Source: a virus (taxonomy: Duplodnaviria; Caudoviricetes). From it: 62,346 nucleotides of DNA. The notes under the pieces are model-generated. The model made no database searches. It saw only the letters and a list, made by a program, of their open reading frames with translations, and had not been told where the DNA came from. Position numbers and translations under genes: made by a program. The DNA lies in the IMG/VR virus record IMGVR_UViG_3300036790_000248, positions 1 through 62,346 of that record; one strand, written 5' to 3'. Below, piece by piece: positions 28,346 to 36,994 of this stretch (positions are counted from its first letter, which is position 1; every line of letters begins with the position of its first letter).

Positions 28346-28362
28346 GTTAGATCAATCGGGAG
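28346..28362 (+). repeat. Start-associated motif GTTAGATCAATCGGGAG (copies at 29015, about 29395, 29945)
   Basis: Four copies, each ending in an RBS-like GGAG 7-10 nt before an ATG. Confidence 0.85.
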
Positions 28363-28372
28363 CACAAATTCA

Positions 28373-28969
28373 ATGCGAGGTCTGGGAATGACAACGAAAC
28401 AGCTGATTACGGATGGGCAATCGCTCGAATCCGCCACTTACCACAGCAAGTATCCAATCGTTACCTACGATGACGGTTATGGCCCATTATGGATATCGCG
28501 GAATTCCATCGGCATAAATGGGATCGTTCGCGCTAAGACTTGGGAAGATGCTTATTCCATCTGCGAAGATGAATTCTTTCTTGAGGCCGATGAGACGGTG
28601 GAGCAGATCCAAAAGGAATATGGCTTCAAGCGCGAACACGTCAAGATTGTGCGCGACGCGAACGGCGAACGTGAGGTACGGAACTCGGATTACCCAAATG
28701 GGACATTATCAGGCGTTGAATTCGTTCGTTGGGAGACACGCGAGACTCCTGATGCTGACGCATGGGCCGACAATGAGCTATTTCAAGAGGCGTTTGGATT
28801 CCGACCCAATGGCCCCAACAAACACGACAAATTGAACCATGGTATCTACAGCAAGGATTTGAATGGTGATTACCTTACCTTGCTCACAGCTGAAATGATC
28901 GAGGATATTGGAATTGTGCTCACACTGAGCGCAGAGGATTCGGCAGACCAGACCTCGCAATCTGCCTAA
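28373..28969 (+). CDS. Hypothetical early protein
   Basis: First gene after early promoter, acidic. Confidence 0.7.
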   Translation: MRGLGMTTKQLITDGQSLESATYHSKYPIVTYDDGYGPLWISRNSIGINGIVRAKTWEDAYSICEDEFFLEADETVEQIQKEYGFKREHVKIVRDANGEREVRNSDYPNGTLSGVEFVRWETRETPDADAWADNELFQEAFGFRPNGPNKHDKLNHGIYSKDLNGDYLTLLTAEMIEDIGIVLTLSAEDSADQTSQSA

Positions 28970-29038
28970 CTGCCGAGCATGGCGTCCGTGGCGACATTGG
29001 CGCTGTGTTGAGCGGTTAGATCAATCGGGAGCAATCAA

Positions 29039-29392
29039 ATGGCGCAATATCAAGTGATTGACCAGCAAACAAAGCAGGTTATGGGCACGTATCAGTCTCG
29101 CAGCCGGGCACGCAACAAGGCCGATCAGCTCGACATGCAGTATGGCGCGATCCGCTACTACGTCCGAACAATCGAGCCGGAAGCTTCGCTAAAGGCTACC
29201 GTTACCTGCATCAAGCGTGCATTGCGCCGCGAGGAAGGCTATCCGGTCGGTGTTTCAGCTCCGCTCTATGTCGCGTGCGGATGCGGCGGAAAGGTGCCTG
29301 TCCCGACGATTGCAGGGATGCCAATGACTTACGTTTGCGGGCAGTGTGCCACCGAATACGACAGCAAGGGATACATTTTGGAAGCACGGTAG
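29039..29392 (+). CDS. Hypothetical early protein with C-terminal Zn ribbon
   Basis: CGCG...CGQC; motif-associated RBS. Confidence 0.7.
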   Translation: MAQYQVIDQQTKQVMGTYQSRSRARNKADQLDMQYGAIRYYVRTIEPEASLKATVTCIKRALRREEGYPVGVSAPLYVACGCGGKVPVPTIAGMPMTYVCGQCATEYDSKGYILEAR

Positions 29393-29420
29393 CGGTTCGA
29401 GATCAATCGGGAGGGACGGT

Positions 29421-29612
29421 ATGACACAGCGAGGATGGTACGAAACGGAATTGTTGGATTGGTGGCGAGTGAGCCGTACCGCATTAGCAGGATTGGAGTA
29501 TGTGCCGACGCGGTTCGACCGTTTGCAGTGGGCATTAGCTCAGTTCCTCAAGGCCCATCCTGACCAGCCGCGCAAAGACGTATACCTAGACTTGGACAGG
29601 GTTACGCGATGA
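29421..29612 (+). CDS. Hypothetical early protein
   Basis: MTQRGWYETELLDWW; motif-associated RBS. Confidence 0.65.
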   Translation: MTQRGWYETELLDWWRVSRTALAGLEYVPTRFDRLQWALAQFLKAHPDQPRKDVYLDLDRVTR

Positions 29613-29923
29613 GTGAACCTATATGCACCGACTGCGGCGGAATCCATTATGGCTCAGTAGGATGCCCGTACTATCGCGCTGAGCCGTGCATGGACTGCGA
29701 GAAGATGGTGGAGTATCGCCAAGAGCGCAAGTTTGACCTGTTCGGTCGCACTTATCACGTTGGCTGCACTTTCTTAGTCGATCCGCCATCAGAATTGCGG
29801 ATGGCGCGTAAGAAGTGGGCGAATCCGGCATCAATCTGCATCCGCTGCAAGCAAGCTCTGGCGGATCATACCTGTCCTATAACGCTCGGGATTTCTGAGC
29901 CAAACTTTTTCACGAAGGCGTAG
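29609..29923 (+). CDS. Cys/His-rich Zn-binding protein
   Basis: CTDCGGIH, CMDC, CIRC. Confidence 0.65.
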   Translation: MSEPICTDCGGIHYGSVGCPYYRAEPCMDCEKMVEYRQERKFDLFGRTYHVGCTFLVDPPSELRMARKKWANPASICIRCKQALADHTCPITLGISEPNFFTKA

Positions 29924-29968
29924 AAACGGCGATACAGTTGGCCAGTTAGATCAAGAGGAGAAGCGAAT

Positions 29969-30124
29969 ATGACGCAACAACAGAGGGTCGAACTTGCAAG
30001 TAAGGCGCTGACGAATGGCGTTACGCGCGGTCGGTTCATTCGTGAGAATTCTACCAGTCGCGTCATAGCCGAGTTGCAGTTGTGGTCGGATGCGTACAGC
30101 GAGGCTATGCGATGCGCGTCCTAG
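29969..30124 (+). CDS. Hypothetical peptide (51 aa)
   Basis: MTQQQRVELASKALTNG...; GAGGAG RBS within motif copy 4. Confidence 0.6.
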   Translation: MTQQQRVELASKALTNGVTRGRFIRENSTSRVIAELQLWSDAYSEAMRCAS

Positions 30125-30665
30125 TTGGGTGCGAACGGTTCGGAATAGTGCGCGATGCGTTCCTGAAAACTGGCCATGACGCCTATTCGGTTGATCTCGT
30201 TCCATGCGAAGGCCAGCACATCGTTGCTGATGTCCTGAGCGTGCTGGATCATGGATGGGACTTGGGTATTTTCTTCCCGGATTGCACTTTCGTTTGCGGC
30301 AGTGGACTGCACTGGAATAAGCGCAGACCTGAACGTGCCGAAAAGACGGAGCGAGCTATCGAGTTTTTTGTTCGGTTTAACGAATGCGCCAATTGAGCGG
30401 ATTGCCTTGGAGAATCCCATCGGTTGCCTGAGCACGCGGTATCGGAAGCCGGATCAGATTATTCAGCCGTGGCAGTTCGGACACCCGGAATCCAAGGCAA
30501 CCTGCTTATGGCTCAAGAATCTGCCGAAACTTCAGCCAACGAATGTATTGACCCCGCGGGAAGGTGACTATCGCCGCGGCTGGGATAATCAGACCCCGTC
30601 CGGCCAAAATAAACTCGGCCCGTCGCCTGAACGCGCAATGATACGGGCTAAGACCTACCATGGCA
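30112..30665 (+). pseudogene. Frameshifted DNA cytosine methyltransferase-like gene (paralog of 36244-36810)
   Basis: MRVLVGCERFGIVRDAF... shifts frame near 30365-30380 into ...NAPIERIALENPIGCLST...KATCLWLKNLP; C-terminal IADAMAEQW absent. Confidence 0.7.
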
Positions 30666-30700
30666 CTGGTAGCGGTGAGGTTGTGGGAGGAGTGGCGGCG

Positions 30701-31021
30701 ATGACCAAGCACGCGTTGCTGATGATCGTGCTCCAACTGGCGTCCTCCGGCGCCGACGCGTGGACGACGCATCGCGGACTCAGCGAGCCCGGCCACTTCG
30801 AGCGCAATCCTCTGGCGCGGCCGTTCGTGGGATCGACCGCCGGCCAGGTGGCGTTCTTCGGTGGCGGCGCGGGGATCAAGCTGGCGCTGCCATGGGCGCT
30901 GCGACGTCGTGGGCATGGCCGGATGGCCACAGTCGCCGAATGGACCGGGATCGTGGACTCCGGTGTCGCGGCGGGGAACAATGTAGCGGAGTTGCGGCGC
31001 GGGGCATCCCACAAGCCATAG
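30701..31021 (+). CDS. Small membrane/secreted protein (DUF5658-like)
   Basis: GGAGG RBS; ADAWTTHRGL...FERNPLARPF pattern. Confidence 0.6.
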   Translation: MTKHALLMIVLQLASSGADAWTTHRGLSEPGHFERNPLARPFVGSTAGQVAFFGGGAGIKLALPWALRRRGHGRMATVAEWTGIVDSGVAAGNNVAELRRGASHKP

Positions 31022-31091
31022 CGATCATAGCTGCCGCCGTGAGTATCCTGTGGATCGTGTGGAAATCAGGTCGAGTGGGGCGCGAGACGCG

Positions 31092-32159
31092 TCACCAGGG
31101 GGGCGGCGAGGGCGAAACGGTCGAATATCTCCGCGCGGCCATCGTCGCCCGTTGCCTTTGGCCATAACTGGTAGGTCTTATATGGTCAAATCGCTCGGCG
31201 AGTTCTCGCACGGTGGCCAGCATGTGCTGTCGGATGTGCCGCCTCCCGCATACGGAACACGTTGGCAGTTCGGGCGCATCTTCCTCGATCGTTTCGCCGT
31301 CTCCGTGCTCGAATCCGCGAAACGTGCCATATAGCGCAGTGAGATCCTCATTGCGGAATTCGGCGCTCAACTCCAGCTCGCGCGCGCCGACGGACTCCCA
31401 GTACGCGACGAATCCGCTGTTGGCTAACCGTAAGCCGGTTTCCTGCGTGTCCCCGTCCCGGTCGTCGTAGGTACGAACGCGAAGCGTGGCGGCGGGCCCG
31501 GCGATGCGCTTCCATAGCGCGTTGAGCTCAGGCCAGTACGGTAATCGATCGCCCTCGTGGATCACGTGGAACATGGTGCCGTCGAATCGTGGCGTAAACG
31601 CAGCCAGCCATTGCCAGCCGTGTTCGCCATCGAAGGTGTTGGCGAAGCGGCGGAACAATTCTCGCCCACGCACCATGCTGGATCGGCGATCTCCTGGCGC
31701 ATCTGGCAACTCGAACGTGAACACTTGAATGGAGGATTGCGCCAAGTGGGCGTGCAATCGCGGATGCTCGTAGCGGAACTTGCTGATGCGGGCTTTTGGC
31801 GCGGCGCACGGCTCGTGCAGCATCGGCTTCCCGCATACCACGGGAGAGTGTTCCGCCTCGTGGCCGGCGGCGCAATGCGACGTAACATTGTGGATGTGAG
31901 AGCAGCCGGCGAGGGAATTCGCTTCGGAAGCGCGATCCGCGGCCAGTAGCCGGTTGGCACGGGCCAGCGTCTTGGGCTCCAGCTCGGCGGCGATCTCCGG
32001 CTTGATCTGGATGCGACCGGTGGAGTCGTCGCGTGTCAGGCCGTGTTGGAGAGTCGGCGGCGCGTACCAGTTGGCGGCAGGGTCGATGCGTTGGAGAGTG
32101 GTGAAGAGGCGTGGGTCGTTGGCTGTGATGGAGTCTGGGACGAGCGGAATGGTAGACAA
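31092..32159 (-). CDS. HUH rolling-circle Rep / IS91-like protein, apparently catalytically degenerate
   Basis: Zn-binding GC..C..GH..C..L..C, FTFELP (motif 1-like), MFHVIHEG (HUH lacking first His), LWKRIAG, YGTFRG, C-terminal CSVCG. Confidence 0.5.
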   Translation of the reverse strand: MSTIPLVPDSITANDPRLFTTLQRIDPAANWYAPPTLQHGLTRDDSTGRIQIKPEIAAELEPKTLARANRLLAADRASEANSLAGCSHIHNVTSHCAAGHEAEHSPVVCGKPMLHEPCAAPKARISKFRYEHPRLHAHLAQSSIQVFTFELPDAPGDRRSSMVRGRELFRRFANTFDGEHGWQWLAAFTPRFDGTMFHVIHEGDRLPYWPELNALWKRIAGPAATLRVRTYDDRDGDTQETGLRLANSGFVAYWESVGARELELSAEFRNEDLTALYGTFRGFEHGDGETIEEDAPELPTCSVCGRRHIRQHMLATVRELAERFDHIRPTSYGQRQRATMAARRYSTVSPSPPPW

Positions 32160-32399
32160 TTTCCCTCCGACAAGGGTCGAGAGTCACGGTGTGTCGGCAC
32201 CATGACTCTCTCGGCCTTTGTTTTCAATGTCCATCCTCGACGGACGGCGACTGAAGTTGCTCATACCTTAGCGCACAATGCAAGCGAAAAGATACAGCCA
32301 AGTGAAAAACTTTCGACCGGGGCCGGACGACTCTCGGCGGCGACTGGCCAACCTCGTCCATTTCTACGACACCCGCCACTGTCACTCTAAACTTAGCAC

Positions 32400-32428
32400 T
32401 TGACATACTCCGCGTGGGCTGGTATAAA
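32400..32428 (+). promoter_or_regulatory. Sigma70-like promoter
   Basis: TTGACA-17 nt-TATAAA. Confidence 0.75.
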
Positions 32429-32468
32429 CGGTTCGTGCGTCGGCATCGGCGACACTGAAAGGGAGACC

Positions 32469-32858
32469 ATGCAACGTTCTAAGACCGTACTAACAATGGA
32501 GATAACTGGCATCGAGCGACTGGGCAAGCCAAGCAACGGAGAGACATTGAAGCTCACCTTGGCGCAGGATAAGTCCAAGGTGCCATACGAGACGTATCTG
32601 TACTTCCCGTGGAATGAAACGACCGCGACGGGAGCACGGTTGGGCGACCGTATTACCATCGAGGTATGGCACGAAGGTTCTACAACCTTTGAGTCGGCGA
32701 CGCAACCAGCTAACGAGGCTACGACGGTTAGGGACGAGGCTCCGTCGCCGCTGGGAGAGACCGCTGTGGAGCGTGTCGAGCGGGTGATGTCGCGCTACGA
32801 CGACGCCCGCCCCAGTCGGATCGACCTGATCCCGGATACGGAGGATGGACGTGGCTAA
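32469..32858 (+). CDS. Hypothetical protein
   Basis: GGGAG RBS; MQRSKTVLTMEITG. Confidence 0.65.
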   Translation: MQRSKTVLTMEITGIERLGKPSNGETLKLTLAQDKSKVPYETYLYFPWNETTATGARLGDRITIEVWHEGSTTFESATQPANEATTVRDEAPSPLGETAVERVERVMSRYDDARPSRIDLIPDTEDGRG

Positions 32859-34461
32859 CACAGTGTGGACGGATCGGTCGCGGATTGAAACGCACCAACG
32901 CTGCGCCCGGCTGCGCTGGCTGGAGTACCACGCCGAGGGTACGGGCATCGTACCCGCGAAGAAGCCGCTGCCGCTGGCCGTGGGCGGGAGCGTGCATAAG
33001 GGATTGGAGACGCTGCTCCTGCGTGCCATCGACATGGAATACATGGGCATCAAGACGCTGGAGGACGGCGTGGAGGATGTCGCCGTCGCCGCGGCGCTGG
33101 CCGACTTCTCCACCCACCGTTCCGCCCTGGCGCTGGACACGACCGAGCTGGCGGCGATGGCGGTCACGCCGACGGACTCGTTCGACGCGCAGGTGTCGGC
33201 GCAAGCCAAGGAACTCGGCCTGACCGCCGACGATCCGGCGATCGCGGAACTGTTCTCGCGCCAGCGGAATGCAGCGGCGGAGTTCGACAACTGGCTGTAT
33301 CGGGAGCAGGCGGCCTTAGTGGAGGGGATGGTGCGGGCCTACGCCCGGCGCCGATTGCGCCCGCTGCTGGAGGAATACGAGGTGCTGGAGGTGGAGCGGG
33401 AGGGGGATTGGGAACTGGCGGAGGTGCCTGCATTATACAACGTTCAAGGGTTGCACTTGGAGCCGCCGACAGCGTATTCGATCCGCTTCATGTCCCGCCC
33501 CGACGCCCTCCTGCGATCCCGCGCCGACAACTCCCTGTACCTGCTGTCGTACAAGACTGCCGCGTCGTGGGACGTGCGTAAGGCCAGGGACGCCGAACAC
33601 GATATGCAGGGATTGAGTGAGGGGGTAGAGGTGGAGCGGAGGCTGGGGGAGTGGTGGCGCATAATCCAAGATTCTAAGACGCCTCTGGGAACCTTCTCTC
33701 TGGATACATCAGAAGCAATGGTGAAGTTTCTCGCGTCCCTGCCCGCCCCGCCCCGCATCCTCGGCATCCGCTACGAATACCTGCTCAAAGGCGCCCGCTA
33801 CGCCGACAAGGATCTCGGATCGCGGTTCGGCATCAACGTGTGGGCCCAGCGCAGCCACCTGATCCGCGCCTACCAGTCCGACGCCGCGGGATGGTGCTGG
33901 TCGTACGACTTCCTCAAGGACGACGGAGGGACGTCCAAACTCTACTATAAGAATTGGCGCCCGCGCGCGGTGTGGGAGCACATGACCGTGAAGGCGTGGA
34001 TCGACATGCTGGACGCTTCGACGGAGACCATGTCCGCCTACGACTCCACCGTGGGCCAGGAACCGCGACCGCTGGGCTGGGGCTCGCCGGCGCAGGCGCA
34101 AGGGTACACGGCGACGCATCCGCTGGACGATTGCTTCGTGGCTCCGCTGACCGTGTATCGATCCGACGACCAGCTCCGCGACTGGATCGAGCAGGTAGAG
34201 GCGCAGGAGACGCGCGTGGCCGAGGGAGTGGCGGCCGTGGACGCGGCGACGGACGACGGTGAGCGTCGGCACCTCCTCAATGTCCTGTTCCCGATGTCGC
34301 GCCGTGCATGCTCCTACCCGACGGAGTGTTCGATGGTCAGGGTATGCTATGGCGGCGACGATATCCGTACCGCGCCGCTGGAGTCAGGACTGTATCGTCC
34401 GAGGACGCCGAACCACCAGGCGGAGAAGGACGCGGCGGCGCCGGCTTCGACGGAAGGCTGA
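32851..34461 (+). CDS. PD-(D/E)XK nuclease, Cas4/RecB-like with Cys cluster
   Basis: SRIETHQRC, GGSVHKGLE, EVERE, SRPDALL...LLSYKT, C-terminal CSYPTEC...VC. Confidence 0.8.
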   Translation: MANTVWTDRSRIETHQRCARLRWLEYHAEGTGIVPAKKPLPLAVGGSVHKGLETLLLRAIDMEYMGIKTLEDGVEDVAVAAALADFSTHRSALALDTTELAAMAVTPTDSFDAQVSAQAKELGLTADDPAIAELFSRQRNAAAEFDNWLYREQAALVEGMVRAYARRRLRPLLEEYEVLEVEREGDWELAEVPALYNVQGLHLEPPTAYSIRFMSRPDALLRSRADNSLYLLSYKTAASWDVRKARDAEHDMQGLSEGVEVERRLGEWWRIIQDSKTPLGTFSLDTSEAMVKFLASLPAPPRILGIRYEYLLKGARYADKDLGSRFGINVWAQRSHLIRAYQSDAAGWCWSYDFLKDDGGTSKLYYKNWRPRAVWEHMTVKAWIDMLDASTETMSAYDSTVGQEPRPLGWGSPAQAQGYTATHPLDDCFVAPLTVYRSDDQLRDWIEQVEAQETRVAEGVAAVDAATDDGERRHLLNVLFPMSRRACSYPTECSMVRVCYGGDDIRTAPLESGLYRPRTPNHQAEKDAAAPASTEG

Positions 34462-34467
34462 AGGCAA

Positions 34468-35115
34468 ATGGCACAGACGACACGGAGGATGGAAATGAAG
34501 CGTGAGTTACAGCCTGCAATTGAAGCGACGTTGCGTTGGCCGGATGGTTGGCCGCGCACCCTCATTGAGCACCGCCAGTCGCGGAGCGCATGGAAAAAGC
34601 CAGCCATCGAATACCAGAAAGCGATCACAAAGGAACTGATTGCGTTAAAGGTGACCGCTGCAAGTATCACTTTCAATGCTTCGGGCTCCCGCGATCCAGG
34701 CGTTGCTGTGTGGTACTCCCTAGAATCCGCCGATGATGTCTCGTGGCAGATAGGGTTGCAGATCGACAACCCCGCCCCGACGCTGGCAGAGATTGATACC
34801 GCTTTTAAGCGGTTGTCTGTGAGGTGTCATCCGGACACTCATCCCGACGACGCGAACGCTCTTGAAATGTTCAAGAAAATCAATGGTTTCAGAATGGCCG
34901 CCCGCGCCTACATTCTGGGGACTGCGGCTCCGGCACTGGAGAACTGCTTCCCGATGGATCGGTTCGTGGACGTGAAGCAAAATCTCGCTGGAGCGCGTTT
35001 GTTTATCGCATACGTTCGCGGCATGGAGCGGCTCGGCGGCCCTGCCGTCGTGAAGCGAATCATGGAGCGCACATTCCGCACAGCGTTGACCGCTGGCGCA
35101 TCGGAGGCAGCATGA
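34468..35115 (+). CDS. Phage J-domain (HPD) protein
   Basis: LRWPDGWPRT, DPGVAVWY, EIDTAFKRLSVRCHPD, DRF...NL..RGMERLG. Confidence 0.8.
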   Translation: MAQTTRRMEMKRELQPAIEATLRWPDGWPRTLIEHRQSRSAWKKPAIEYQKAITKELIALKVTAASITFNASGSRDPGVAVWYSLESADDVSWQIGLQIDNPAPTLAEIDTAFKRLSVRCHPDTHPDDANALEMFKKINGFRMAARAYILGTAAPALENCFPMDRFVDVKQNLAGARLFIAYVRGMERLGGPAVVKRIMERTFRTALTAGASEAA

Positions 35116-35513
35116 GCACATTCCCGCAACTGGTCGGGCGCGTCGAAGAAGAACTCGCCGAACCAAACGAACTCGAAATGCTCAAAGCGCAAGTTGCCGA
35201 GATGCAGGACGAGCTAAACACGATCAAGGCGATTCTCATGCGACAGTACGGCGCGTTCAAGGCGGGCTTCGGCGATCAGGCCATTGTGACCGCAGACAGT
35301 TCTAGCAAGTGGGATTCGATCAAAAACCGGATGCCGCCTCGCCACAAGGAAGCTATCGACATGCTGCTACTGCAAGGCTCCATGAAGCGCACACAACTCG
35401 CATCCGCGCTGAAGATGGACTATTCCAATTGCACCAAGAACGTTGTAGGCGTGCTCAAATCGCAAGGCTGGATCGTGGAAAACGGCGGTAATTTATCGCT
35501 GAAACCGTTGTAG
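35112..35513 (+). CDS. Coiled-coil plus winged-helix protein
   Basis: IDMLLLQGSMKRTQLASAL...LKSQGWI. Confidence 0.65.
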   Translation: MSTFPQLVGRVEEELAEPNELEMLKAQVAEMQDELNTIKAILMRQYGAFKAGFGDQAIVTADSSSKWDSIKNRMPPRHKEAIDMLLLQGSMKRTQLASALKMDYSNCTKNVVGVLKSQGWIVENGGNLSLKPL

Positions 35514-35537
35514 TGCAGGGAAAGGGGAATCCTGAAA

Positions 35538-35777
35538 ATGGCGAATCCAAGTGAGCCAAAGTTTACCAAGGGGCCGTGGCGAATCTCTTCGTTGCAGAAG
35601 TGGTACGTAATTCCGGGCGATGGGGCGGAGCCTATCTGTTCGCTGGCCGAAGCGCTGCAAGCCGCTTTACCGCACATTGAGGCTTTGACTTATTCAGGGC
35701 ACAGACCGCCCTCAGTTGCGGAAGCGAAACGAGTCAAGGCATTGATTGAGGCAGCGCTGAAGAAAGCAGGACTTTAA
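35538..35777 (+). CDS. Hypothetical protein
   Basis: KFTKGPWRI pattern typical of phage early proteins. Confidence 0.65.
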   Translation: MANPSEPKFTKGPWRISSLQKWYVIPGDGAEPICSLAEALQAALPHIEALTYSGHRPPSVAEAKRVKALIEAALKKAGL

Positions 35778-35947
35778 TGGCGAGTGACGAAAAGTGGGAT
35801 AACGGGAAGTGGCAGGCTGCGGTCATGCACCTGCTGGCTTGTAGATCGGAAGTCGCTGCCTGCCCAGTGTGCGTGGAGATTGAACGGCAGACGAAGATCG
35901 AGCCGCCGCGCACAATTCTTGAACTGGGGGCAACCGATGGCGAGTGA
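35777..35947 (+). CDS. Hypothetical protein (56 aa)
   Basis: MASDEKWDNGKW...CPVC; TAATG coupling. Confidence 0.55.
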   Translation: MASDEKWDNGKWQAAVMHLLACRSEVAACPVCVEIERQTKIEPPRTILELGATDGE

Positions 35948-36242
35948 CGGAGCGATGAAAGCAGCGCGGGAAATTACGAAGTTCGTGAACTTTCTGCTGG
36001 AGCCGTGCGAGTCGCAGATTGCGAATGTGGATGCGGACTTGGCAGCCATCGTGGACCGTGAGGCCGTGGCTCCGCTCAGAGAGGCGCTACAGGGATTGAT
36101 GTATCTGACCGACCAAGGCCGAGAAGGCGGGATGATTCTGTCGCGCTACGACGGCAAGCCTATCACAAACGCCGATCAAGGCGTGATCGACCGCGCATAC
36201 CTAGCGGCTGAGGCTGCACTGAAGCTGGCCGGGGGAGAGTGA
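35937..36242 (+). CDS. Hypothetical protein
   Basis: MASDGAMKAAREI... Confidence 0.6.
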   Translation: MASDGAMKAAREITKFVNFLLEPCESQIANVDADLAAIVDREAVAPLREALQGLMYLTDQGREGGMILSRYDGKPITNADQGVIDRAYLAAEAALKLAGGE

Positions 36243-36243
36243 G

Positions 36244-36810
36244 ATGCGGGTACTGGTCGCTTGCGAGTTCTCTGGTGTAGTCATGCGGGCGTTTCGCAAA
36301 CGCGGCCATGATGCGTGGGCCTATGACGCGCTGGAGCCTGTCGCGGATTATCACATGCAGCGCGATTTATCATCACGCGCAACAGGCCACGCATGGTTCG
36401 AGCACAAACACTGGGATTTGATGATTGCCTTCCCACCGTGTACGCATTTGGCTGTGAGTGGTGCGCGTTGGTTCAAGGATAAACGCAAGGAACAGGCTGA
36501 GGCGATTGAGTTTGTGCTTCATCTGGCGAATGCGCTTGTGCCGCGGATTGCCATCGAGAATCCGATTGGTGTATTGAGCACGAAATGGCGCAAGCCCGAT
36601 CAGATTATCCAGCCATGGCAATTCGGGCATGGAGAGACGAAGGCGACGTGTTTGTGGCTGAAGAACCTGCCGAAACTGGTGCCTACGGATGTAGTGGAAG
36701 GCCGGGAGCAACGCATCTGGAAAATGGCTCCGTCGCCGGATCGCTGGAAGCGTCGCAGCGTGACGTATCAGGGGATCGCGGACGCGATGGCAGAGCAGTG
36801 GGGAGAGTGA
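36244..36810 (+). CDS. DNA cytosine methyltransferase-like protein (short phage type)
   Basis: MRVLVACEFSG, AFPPCTHL, IENP, KATCLWL, RSVTYQGIADAMAEQW. Confidence 0.85.
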   Translation: MRVLVACEFSGVVMRAFRKRGHDAWAYDALEPVADYHMQRDLSSRATGHAWFEHKHWDLMIAFPPCTHLAVSGARWFKDKRKEQAEAIEFVLHLANALVPRIAIENPIGVLSTKWRKPDQIIQPWQFGHGETKATCLWLKNLPKLVPTDVVEGREQRIWKMAPSPDRWKRRSVTYQGIADAMAEQWGE

Positions 36811-36813
36811 GAT

Positions 36814-36963
36814 ATGCCAGGAGAGAAGACGCCGATGTGGTGCAGGGTGTTGGGGGAGTGTGCCGTCTGGCTCTGGGTGCTTACCTTAACTGGCGCAGTA
36901 GTGTGTTTGGCAGCCGCCGCATTTTGGTGGCTAACTTTCGAGATCATCAAGGAGAGCCGATGA
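36814..36963 (+). CDS. Small membrane protein (49 aa)
   Basis: MPGEKTPMWC...hydrophobic stretch. Confidence 0.55.
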   Translation: MPGEKTPMWCRVLGECAVWLWVLTLTGAVVCLAAAAFWWLTFEIIKESR

Positions 36964-36994
36964 CCCACTCAGCAGAAGAGACCGAGAGTTGCCC

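Noticed and set aside
28346-29960. Repeated early motif as CRISPR array or integron cassette array
   Set aside because: Intervals are whole genes of unequal length; only one copy has an attC-like hairpin; no cas1/cas2 or IntI recognised
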